This document shows, one piece after another, positions 28,248-36,128 of a stretch of DNA of 36,128 nt (positions are counted from its first letter, which is position 1; every line of letters starts with the position of its first letter). Below the pieces are notes generated by a model that ran no database searches, had not been told where the DNA came from, and saw only the letters and a program-made list of their open reading frames with translations. The translations under genes were made by a program, and so were the position numbers. The DNA comes from an uncultured bacterium (lineage in GTDB: Bacteria; CAZSTA01), in the NCBI GenBank assembly GCA_964609495.1, contig CAZSTA010000011.1:1-36128 (forward strand), in the 5' to 3' direction.

Positions 28248-28312
28248 TTGAGGAGACCAATCCTAGTCAGCAAGTCGAACTAGTCTATAATTGAAAGGAG
28301 AATGTTTGAATA

Positions 28313-29476
28313 ATGGCAGATGAAAAGATCAAGGTAGGATTGATCGGGGCTGGAGGAATAGCTAATTATCATGCTCGAGCTTATGAAGCGATGGAGGATG
28401 TGGAGTTAGTGGCGGTATGCGATATCGTGGAGGATCGCGCTCGTGAGTTTTCGGGGAGATATAATGTCCCTAAGATCTATACCGACTATAAGGAACTCTT
28501 AGCGAAGGAGGAAGTTGATGCGATAGACATTTGCACCTCTAATGATATGCATTATCCCGTGGCTATGGAGGCTATAAAGGCTGGGAGACATATCTTCTGT
28601 GAGAAGCCTCTAGGTATGAATTATGAAGAGACTAAGGAGATGTTCAAGGGGGCAGAGAAGGCCGGACTGAAGACCGCGGTGAACTTCTCTTACCGAACTG
28701 TCCCCGCGGTTATAATGGCTAAGAATATAATTGATAGCGGTGAGCTGGGAAGAATATACCATGTTCAGGGTAGCTATTGGCAGAGTTGGGGCCCGAATCC
28801 CCTCGTTCCCAAGATGTGGAGACTCGATAAATCCAGGACGGGAACAGGAGTTTTGGGGGATCTAGGATCGCATCTGATAGACCTATGTAGATTCCTTATA
28901 GGAGAGATAGACGAGGCAGTGGGTAAGGATAGGACTTTCATCACCAAAAGATTCCCCTTCGATCCGAGTCAGAAGCAGCCTCCCTTCTTCTTCAGAAAAC
29001 GCGATAGAGAGGCGGAGAAGGAGCTGAGTGAGGAGAAGATGGTTGATGTTGATGTTGATGATGCTTACGCTCTGGTGGTAAATTATGCCAATTCTGCTTT
29101 GGGGACTCTTATGGTTTCCAGATTCGCTTCTGGACGAATTAATTATCAACGGATAGAGATCTATGGTGATAAGGGTTCGATGGTGTATGAATTGGAGAGG
29201 GAAGGAGAAGTTTGGGTATCGCTCGGAGATTTTATGTTGAGTAACCATCAATTCACTAAAGTTGAGATACCTGGGATGTTAGCGGAAATGAAAATAAATA
29301 ATGGAAGACTCTTCATAGATAGCTTGAGGGATAGGAAAGAGACACACCCTGTCTTAACATTTCTCAACTTAGAGGCTCCCACTTTCTATGATGGTATGAA
29401 GGGTCAAGCGGTTATAGAGGCGGCGGTTCTCTCTGTTCAGGAGAGAAGATGGGTTAAGTTGGAGGAGATTGAATAA
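28313..29476 (+). CDS. Gfo/Idh/MocA family oxidoreductase
   Basis: VGLIGAGGIA, HIFCEKP, GVLGDLGSHLID. Confidence 0.95.
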   Translation: MADEKIKVGLIGAGGIANYHARAYEAMEDVELVAVCDIVEDRAREFSGRYNVPKIYTDYKELLAKEEVDAIDICTSNDMHYPVAMEAIKAGRHIFCEKPLGMNYEETKEMFKGAEKAGLKTAVNFSYRTVPAVIMAKNIIDSGELGRIYHVQGSYWQSWGPNPLVPKMWRLDKSRTGTGVLGDLGSHLIDLCRFLIGEIDEAVGKDRTFITKRFPFDPSQKQPPFFFRKRDREAEKELSEEKMVDVDVDDAYALVVNYANSALGTLMVSRFASGRINYQRIEIYGDKGSMVYELEREGEVWVSLGDFMLSNHQFTKVEIPGMLAEMKINNGRLFIDSLRDRKETHPVLTFLNLEAPTFYDGMKGQAVIEAAVLSVQERRWVKLEEIE

Positions 29477-29525
29477 TTCTCACTTATCAAGTATAATTGA
29501 AGGATAAGGAGGTAGTTTTTACATT

Positions 29526-30392
29526 ATGAAATTCAAGAAGGTGGCGGTTATCGGGGCGGGGACGATGGGGAAAGGATTAGCGGAAGTAGCCTCGGAGAAT
29601 GAGTTAGAGGTCGTCTTAATAGATAAGACCGATGCTTTGGTGAGGAAAGGATTGGAAGGTATAGAGGAGAGTCTTCAGCATCGGATCGATAAATGGGCTA
29701 TTACCGAAGCGGAGAAGAAGGTTGTCCTCTCTCGAATTACAGGGACTGTTGATCTAGATCAGACTTTCGATGCAGATGTTGTATTGGAGGCCGTAACTGA
29801 GGATTTAGATGTCAAGATGAATATATTCCAGCGTCTGGATATTCTTTGTCCTCCCCATATCCCTTTCGCTTCCAACACCTCGGTCCTTTCGATAACGGAG
29901 CTTGCGGAGGCGACCAGAAGACAGGATAGGGTTATAGGGATGCACTTTTTGAATCCAGTTACTACCAGACCTTTGGTGGAGATAGTGAGGGGACTCAAGA
30001 CCTCGGATGAGACCTTCAACGCGGCAAAGGAATTCGCCGAAACTTTGGGGAAGACCGGAGTAGAGGTTTATGAATCACCCGGCTTTGTAACGACTCGAGT
30101 TATCCTTCCGATGTTGAACGAGGCTATGTATGCTCTGATGGAGGGAGTAGCGACCGCGGAGAACATAGATACCGCTATGAGGCTGGGCTATGATTTTCCC
30201 ATGGGGCCTCTGTCTATGGCTGATTTGATGGGATTAGATGTTGTCCTCTACTCTATGGAGGAGCTCTTCAGAGATCTAGGAGATCTTAAATATCGCCCCT
30301 GTCCACTTCTTCGCAAGTTAGTTCGAGCAGGTGCTTTAGGGGTAAAGACTGGACAAGGATTCTTCCAATATAGTAAGGAGGGATCGTCCTAA
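29526..30392 (+). CDS. hbd: 3-hydroxybutyryl-CoA dehydrogenase
   Basis: [42 protein letters not shown]. Confidence 0.88.
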   Translation: MKFKKVAVIGAGTMGKGLAEVASENELEVVLIDKTDALVRKGLEGIEESLQHRIDKWAITEAEKKVVLSRITGTVDLDQTFDADVVLEAVTEDLDVKMNIFQRLDILCPPHIPFASNTSVLSITELAEATRRQDRVIGMHFLNPVTTRPLVEIVRGLKTSDETFNAAKEFAETLGKTGVEVYESPGFVTTRVILPMLNEAMYALMEGVATAENIDTAMRLGYDFPMGPLSMADLMGLDVVLYSMEELFRDLGDLKYRPCPLLRKLVRAGALGVKTGQGFFQYSKEGSS

Positions 30393-30410
30393 AGGAGGTT
30401 TAACTATATT

Positions 30411-31664
30411 ATGATTTTGGTGCTAAATTGTGGTAGCTCATCGGTAAAATACCAACTTTTCGATATGAGCGATGAATCGGTTTTAGCCAGTGGCAAGGTG
30501 GAGAGGATAGGAACTTCCATCGCTATCTTGACCCATGTGCCAAGGGGTAAAGAGAAGGTTATGATAACTAGGGAGGTTCTAGAACATACTGCGGCTATCC
30601 GTATGATCTTAGAGATTTTGACTCATCCTCAGCATGGAGTTATAAAAGGGGCCTCCGATATTAGGGCTGTAGGGCATAGAGTAGTGCACGGAGGGGAGAA
30701 GATCTCGGAATCGGTGCTGATAACTACAGAGATAAAGGAGGTAATCCGTGAGTGCATAGATCTCGCTCCTCTTCATAATCCTCATAATTTAACAGGCATA
30801 AATGCTGTGGAAGGTCTGCTACCCGGAGTTCCTCAAATAGCTGTCTTTGATACCGCTTTTCACCAGACTATGCCTGCTTATGCTTTTATCTATGGCTTGC
30901 CTTACATCCTCTACAGAAAGTATGGTATTCGCCGCTACGGTTTTCACGGAACTTCTCATCGCTTCGTAACTAGAAGGATGGCGGAGTTGATGGGGAAACC
31001 CTATGATGAGTTGAAGCTGATCTCCTGTCATCTGGGCAATGGAGCCAGCATGGCGGCGGTGAAGAATGGAATCTCGATTGATACCTCTATGGGTTTTACT
31101 CCCTTGGAGGGATTAGTTATGGGAACTAGATGTGGAGATATCGATCCAGCGCTCGTTCCCTATATAGTCAATAAGGAGGAGTTGACAATAGCTGAGGTTA
31201 ACTCTATGATGAATAAGCACAGCGGATTGATGGGGATCTCTGGTATCTCTAACGATATGCAGGAGATCACGGCGGAGTATAAGGAAAATAACAAGCGAGC
31301 GAAATTGGCTATGGAGATCTTCACCTATCGCGTAAAGAAGTATATAGGGGCTTACGTAGCGGCTATGGGCGGTTTGGATGCCTTAGCTTTCACCGCTGGT
31401 ATAGGTGAGAATGAAGCCCTGATAAGACAGATGGTGTGTCAGGACTTAGAATGCTTAGGGATAAAACTCAATTTAAGCAAAAATAGAAAAGTTAGAGCGG
31501 TAGAAAAGGAGATAAGCACCTCCGACTCGCAAGTAAAAGTCTTTGTTATTCCAACTAATGAGGAGCTTTTAATAGCTAGAGATACGATTGAGGTGCTCAA
31601 AGCTCAATCAGCCGAATTCGGAGGAATGTCAGAAGAAGTAACATTCTCTATGCCATCTTCTTAA
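30411..31664 (+). CDS. ackA: Acetate kinase
   Basis: NCGSSSVKY, GHRVVHGG, APLHN, FDTAFH, YGFHGTSH, HLGNGAS, PTNEEL. Confidence 0.97.
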   Translation: MILVLNCGSSSVKYQLFDMSDESVLASGKVERIGTSIAILTHVPRGKEKVMITREVLEHTAAIRMILEILTHPQHGVIKGASDIRAVGHRVVHGGEKISESVLITTEIKEVIRECIDLAPLHNPHNLTGINAVEGLLPGVPQIAVFDTAFHQTMPAYAFIYGLPYILYRKYGIRRYGFHGTSHRFVTRRMAELMGKPYDELKLISCHLGNGASMAAVKNGISIDTSMGFTPLEGLVMGTRCGDIDPALVPYIVNKEELTIAEVNSMMNKHSGLMGISGISNDMQEITAEYKENNKRAKLAMEIFTYRVKKYIGAYVAAMGGLDALAFTAGIGENEALIRQMVCQDLECLGIKLNLSKNRKVRAVEKEISTSDSQVKVFVIPTNEELLIARDTIEVLKAQSAEFGGMSEEVTFSMPSS

Positions 31665-31711
31665 GTGGGATTTGATGATCCCAAAAATGTGATGAGGATT
31701 ATCTCTTTAGT

Positions 31712-31822
31712 TTCCCCCCTTACCCTAACCCTCTCCCACGAGGGGAGAGGGAACACAATTGAGAAGCTCTCTTGATCTTTTATTTTCCCCTTCCTTGATG
31801 GAGAGGGGTTAGGGGAGGGGGT
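31712..31822 (+). repeat. Paired boxC/triplex-motif-like element, copy 3
   Basis: CCCCTTACCCTAACCCTCTCCCACGAGGGGAGAGGG...CCCCTTCCTTGATGGAGAGGGGTTAGGGGAGGGG. Confidence 0.9.
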
Positions 31823-31872
31823 AAAGGAAACTTTTGAACCTTGAGTTTTGTTACCGGCAAAAGTTTCCTTTA
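31822..31872. repeat. 15-bp perfect inverted repeat
   Basis: TAAAGGAAACTTTTG-N21-CAAAAGTTTCCTTTA. Confidence 0.75.
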
Positions 31873-31935
31873 TTTAAACATCTTCTGAAACTACCTGTAT
31901 TATGCCCTGCATAACCGAATAATTGGAGTTGGAAA

Positions 31936-33108
31936 ATGAATAAGAACAGAATACCAGAGGCAAAACTTGTCTCCTTAAATCTGATATTGACGAGTAAACT
32001 CGAGGATAGAGAGAACTTCAGGAGATTAGTTCTTTCTCCTCAACCAAATGGCGGCAAATCTATTATGTTCTATATGGAGATGGGAGCAAAACCTGATGAT
32101 AATATCTTGATCTATGATAATAGGGGGAAGAGGAGAGAAGTAGAGGTTAAGGAAGCGCTTAGGTTAGTTAAGGATTTGGTTAAGGAAGGATATTGTTATC
32201 TGATATGCGAATCATATACCGAGACTATGGATATTCGTCTCGAGAAAGGGCAAGTTAAGGTTCAGTATAGGAGTGGAATTAAGGAAAAATTTGTTCCTCC
32301 TCTTGGAGTGGAGGAACAGTCCAATCTTATAAGGATAGGTGAAGCTGATGAGTTATTGAGAGCGATAGATATAATGGATGCGGAGGGGAGTATCAAGCCC
32401 GGTATGCGGAGAAAATATGAGCAGGTGAATCGTTTCATCGAGCTTGTTCAGGCGATATTGGATAGGAGCGCCCAGAAGGAGAGGGTGGTATTTCTCGATT
32501 GCGGATGTGGAAAATCGTATCTATCCTTTGTTATGAACTACTATCTTCGCGAGAAGCTGGGAAAGAAGTGTTACTTCTATGGCATAGATAATAACCCCGA
32601 TCTGGTGGAGAATTCGCAGAGGGTTCAGATGCAACTCGGTTATGCTAATATGGAGTTTCAGGTTTCCTGCATAGCGGATTTCCAGACGGAGGATGAGATC
32701 GATATCGTCTGTAGTCTTCACGCGTGCGATACCGCTACGGATGAGGCTATCGGTAAGGGGTTTCAACTGAGAGCGCCCTATCTATTGATCGTTCCTTGTT
32801 GTCAGAGCGAGGTATTGAATCAGTTGAACGATAATCCCCTAAAAGCGATGACGAGGCACGGGGTTTATAAGACGAGACTAGCTGATCTTTTAACCGATGG
32901 ACTGCGAACGTTAGCCTTAGAGGCAGCAGGATATAAGGTATCGGTGGTGGAGTATGTTTCACCCATCTATACTCCGAAGAATATAATGTTCATCGCGGAG
33001 AGGATTCAGAGTCGCAATTCGATGGCTAAGGAGCAGTATAGAGAGATCGCTGATATGTTCGATATATCGCCGAGCATCGAGAAATATTTGTATGAGGTGC
33101 TGGAGTGA
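31936..33108 (+). CDS. SAM-dependent methyltransferase (Methyltransf_32-like)
   Basis: FLDCGCGKSYLSF, SLHACDTATD, VPCCQ, TPKN. Confidence 0.88.
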   Translation: MNKNRIPEAKLVSLNLILTSKLEDRENFRRLVLSPQPNGGKSIMFYMEMGAKPDDNILIYDNRGKRREVEVKEALRLVKDLVKEGYCYLICESYTETMDIRLEKGQVKVQYRSGIKEKFVPPLGVEEQSNLIRIGEADELLRAIDIMDAEGSIKPGMRRKYEQVNRFIELVQAILDRSAQKERVVFLDCGCGKSYLSFVMNYYLREKLGKKCYFYGIDNNPDLVENSQRVQMQLGYANMEFQVSCIADFQTEDEIDIVCSLHACDTATDEAIGKGFQLRAPYLLIVPCCQSEVLNQLNDNPLKAMTRHGVYKTRLADLLTDGLRTLALEAAGYKVSVVEYVSPIYTPKNIMFIAERIQSRNSMAKEQYREIADMFDISPSIEKYLYEVLE

Positions 33109-33251
33109 ATTATAGAGGTTATACTCTCTTATCCTCTCACCCTCCGAGCGTGATCACGAGGCTAATCAGCGCAATCTGGACGAGTTCACAAGGTTCATCT
33201 GCGAGGAGTTTGGAATAGATATCTCCAAAGGGATGAAAAGGAGATGAAGGG

Positions 33252-34235
33252 ATGGCTCTAAAAATAGGAATAATCGGCGCTGGGCATATGGGACGCACTC
33301 ATGCCAACATATTATCTAAAGATAAGCGGGTCGAGATAGTCGGGATCGTAGATATCGAGGAGAGTAAAGCCTCCGCCCTAGGGGAGACCTTTGGTGCTTC
33401 GGCTTTCACCAAGCTAGAGGATTTATTGAACGAGGTGAAGTTGGACGCCCTCTATGTAACTACCCCTAATACTCGGCATTTGGATCCGGTATTAGAAGGG
33501 TTGAAGAACGATATCCACGTATTTTCCGAGAAGCCAATGGCTACTTCTTTGGAGGAAGCTGATAAAATATTCAAGCAGGTAGAGATGGCCTCCGTGATCT
33601 ACCAGATAGGCTTTAATCGTCGCTTTGCTCCAGTATATAAGTTCGCTAAGAGTGTAATTGAAAAGGGGGAACTTAGTCCTACCTTAGCTCACGTTAAGAT
33701 GAATCGAGGAGAACTCCAGGACCCACCTTGGGTCTCAAATGAGGAGATGACCGGGGGTTTCCTCTACGAATCCACCATTCATCTCCTAGATATGATGAGA
33801 TATCTTATGGGGGAGGTAATCCAAGTAGAATGTCTAGCTCGTTCTAATGTCTATAAGCAATTGGATGACTTCGCAATGCTCTTGACTTTTGAAGGGGAGA
33901 GATATGCGACCTTTGCCTCCTCTGCTCATGCTAGTTGGGTCTTTCCCTTTGAAAGGATAGAACTCTTCGGCGAACATTCATCCTTGATAACTGAGGAGAT
34001 GGAGAGATTAACCTACTCCCCTGGATTAAGGGAGGAGATCTCTATAAAGGATTATTCCCAGTATCCTACCGAGATTAAGTGGGGATATGAGGAGGAGGAT
34101 CGAAGATTCGTAGAGGCTATCTTAAATGGTGAATCTTCTCCGGTATCTGCGAACGAGGGATATAAATCCCTTCAATTAGTGGAGGCTTGCTATGAGAGTG
34201 CTAGAACCGGGAGGAGAGTGAAACTGGAGATATAG
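33252..34235 (+). CDS. Gfo/Idh/MocA family oxidoreductase
   Basis: IGIIGAGHMG, HVFSEKP, GFNRRF, GGFLYESTIH. Confidence 0.93.
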   Translation: MALKIGIIGAGHMGRTHANILSKDKRVEIVGIVDIEESKASALGETFGASAFTKLEDLLNEVKLDALYVTTPNTRHLDPVLEGLKNDIHVFSEKPMATSLEEADKIFKQVEMASVIYQIGFNRRFAPVYKFAKSVIEKGELSPTLAHVKMNRGELQDPPWVSNEEMTGGFLYESTIHLLDMMRYLMGEVIQVECLARSNVYKQLDDFAMLLTFEGERYATFASSAHASWVFPFERIELFGEHSSLITEEMERLTYSPGLREEISIKDYSQYPTEIKWGYEEEDRRFVEAILNGESSPVSANEGYKSLQLVEACYESARTGRRVKLEI

Positions 34236-34237
34236 AT

Positions 34238-35908
34238 ATGAATAAACTATTTCTCTTGCTTAAAGCTAAAGGCATAATGGGTAGAAACAGCATTGTTCGG
34301 GTGAAATCCTCCGAATTAATTAGATTTGTGATAGCCACAATTGGTGGTCTTATCTTCTTCTTCGGAGCTTATTATCTGTTCTATCGAATCTTGGAGTATC
34401 TGCTCAAGATACCTATATTAGGCCCTGTTCTAGCGATACGCTTGATGTCCACCGCCTTCCTAGCCTTCTTAGCTATGTTGTTCTTCTCCAATATAATTAT
34501 AGCTTTATCTACTCTATATTTATCGAATGATCTCGATTTTCTTTTATCTTCACCCCTTAGCCACAGGACAATATTTACCTCTAAATTTTTAGAAACCGCG
34601 CTTCATAGTTCGTGGATGATCCTTCTCTTTGGATTGCCGATGTTCATCGCTTATGGAGTGGTCAGGTCTGCCTCTTTCGTCTTCTATATAGGGATGGTGA
34701 TAATTATCATTCCGTTTCTGCTAAGCCCTACCGGAGCCGGATTAGTGGTTGCGATGCTTATCACTCGCTTCTTTCCAGCTAGGAAGACGATGAATATCTT
34801 GACCGTGATGGGAGGCCTCTTCATTGGGGCTGTCATCTTAGTGATCAGGTTTCTTAAACCGGAGAGATTGACCAATCCCGCGGATGCTGAGACCGCAGTT
34901 GGATATTTAGAGAATATGAAAATTCCAATGGCTCCCTTTCTGCCCAGTTATTGGGCTACTCTAGGAGTATCAAAATTGGCGGATGGAGATATAGGGGGAG
35001 TTTTGATCCAACTACTATACCTGGTGCTCTTCACAGTAACTACCTTTCTCCTTTCAATGGTAGTAGCAGATCGTCTTTTCTATTCCGGTTTTTCTCGCTC
35101 TAAAATTGGAGGGCGTCCGAAGAGATATAGGTTGAATTCTTTCGATTTAGCTGAGCGAGTGGTTTCCCCCCTCAATCATAATTTAGGGGCATTGATGTAT
35201 AAGGATTTCAAGATATTCTTCCGTGAGACTACCCAGTGGAGCCAGTTATTTCTGCTTTCAGCTACAGTTATTCTATATCTATATAGCATAAAGAGCTTGC
35301 CCTTGGATAATTACTATCTTAAGAACTTAATGTCCTTTTTGAATCTGGGTTTCGCAGGATTCGTATTAGCTGCGGTGGCGGCTAGGTTCGTATTTCCTGC
35401 GGTTAGCTTGGAGGGAAAAAGCTATTGGGTTGTGAAATCAGCTCCTTCTTCCTTGAAAGTATTGCTCAAGGAAAAGTTCATTATGGGGTTTGTACCTTTG
35501 GTGATAGTTGCCGAGGCTCTTATAGTGGTATCGAATTATCTACTGAAGGCTGATAGCTTCATAATGATCCTTTCGAGCGTAACGATATTTATTATGGCTT
35601 TGGGATTGAGTTGCTTGGGGGTGGGAATGGGGGCGATATTCCCCAAATTTGAGGTGGAAAATGTCGCTCAAATCTCGACTGGCACAGGAGGAATGTTCTT
35701 TATGGTTTTGAGCCTGATCTATATAGGATTGATGGTCGTTGGGGAAGCTTGGCCAGTCTATACCTATTTCTCATATAGGCTTACGCAAAAGTTCCTCATT
35801 ACTCAGCAATTCTATATGTCAGGTATCTTTCTCCTAATAGTGAACGCAATAGTTATGTATCTTCCTCTAAAGCTTGGTCTTCGCTTTTTGGAGAGGAGAG
35901 ACGATTAA
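34238..35908 (+). CDS. Putative ABC transporter permease
   Basis: Many transmembrane segments; DLDFLLSSPL, LPSYW, KDFKIFFR, FPAVSLEGKSYW; ATPase partner not in the window. Confidence 0.8.
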   Translation: MNKLFLLLKAKGIMGRNSIVRVKSSELIRFVIATIGGLIFFFGAYYLFYRILEYLLKIPILGPVLAIRLMSTAFLAFLAMLFFSNIIIALSTLYLSNDLDFLLSSPLSHRTIFTSKFLETALHSSWMILLFGLPMFIAYGVVRSASFVFYIGMVIIIIPFLLSPTGAGLVVAMLITRFFPARKTMNILTVMGGLFIGAVILVIRFLKPERLTNPADAETAVGYLENMKIPMAPFLPSYWATLGVSKLADGDIGGVLIQLLYLVLFTVTTFLLSMVVADRLFYSGFSRSKIGGRPKRYRLNSFDLAERVVSPLNHNLGALMYKDFKIFFRETTQWSQLFLLSATVILYLYSIKSLPLDNYYLKNLMSFLNLGFAGFVLAAVAARFVFPAVSLEGKSYWVVKSAPSSLKVLLKEKFIMGFVPLVIVAEALIVVSNYLLKADSFIMILSSVTIFIMALGLSCLGVGMGAIFPKFEVENVAQISTGTGGMFFMVLSLIYIGLMVVGEAWPVYTYFSYRLTQKFLITQQFYMSGIFLLIVNAIVMYLPLKLGLRFLERRDD

Positions 35909-35975
35909 CCTCAAACCACCCTCCCATCTTGGTTTTTGCTGAATTAATAAGGCAATCAAGGAATCTTGTTAATTA

Positions 35976-36084
35976 TCACCCTCCCCCTAACCCCCTCCCA
36001 TCGAGGGAGGGGGAACTGAAGGGCTTTAGTTCAAATCTCAGTGTTCCCTCTCCCCTCGTGGGAGGGGGACAGAGTGAGGGGGGA
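35976..36084 (-). repeat. Paired boxC/triplex-motif-like element, copy 4 (inverted)
   Basis: TCACCCTCCCCCTAACCCCCTCCCATCGAGGGAGGGG...CCCTCTCCCCTCGTGGGAGGGGGACAGAGTGAGGGGGAA. Confidence 0.9.
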
Positions 36085-36128
36085 ATTAGTCTTTAACTCC
36101 CTAACTAAGAATATGATACCTTGATTAT

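Noticed and set aside
247-34875. Numerous short ORFs nested in or antisense to the main genes
   Set aside because: No recognisable motifs; they overlap well-supported CDSs.
6124-36084. Repeat-spacer-repeat elements as mini-CRISPR arrays
   Set aside because: The arms are inverted and non-identical, the copies are dispersed, and there are no cas genes.

Overview
Bacterial draft-genome or MAG window with one 10-N scaffold gap; lineage cannot be assigned, though SPOR, TolB-like and BON proteins suggest a peptidoglycan envelope and hbd/ackA a fermentative anaerobe. In order it holds: two exported proteins (TPR; SPOR plus beta-propeller); a UROD-family gene and an MFS transporter; an accessory block (frameshifted DUF433 gene, RecQ fused to a ComF-like PRTase, dprA, frameshifted RelE-like toxin, DUF2283); small enzymes; an AT-rich Type IIG restriction-modification gene with a beta-class methyltransferase; a minus-strand WYL regulator-uvrB-uvrA-DUF3795 run; then carbohydrate and fermentation genes (GH4, three Gfo/Idh/MocA oxidoreductases, hbd, ackA), a methyltransferase and an ABC permease. 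Four copies of a paired boxC/triplex-like intergenic element occur. The best candidate for a new system is the WYL-uvrBA operon: its promoter has a CTGACA-N6-TGTCAG palindrome and reads TGTCAG-N10-TATAAT, the geometry of PafBC-activated DNA-damage promoters. The second candidate is the RecQ-PRTase/DprA pair between decayed toxin-antitoxin genes. No rRNA, tRNA, CRISPR array or transposase was seen. Family calls come from motif recognition, not database searches.
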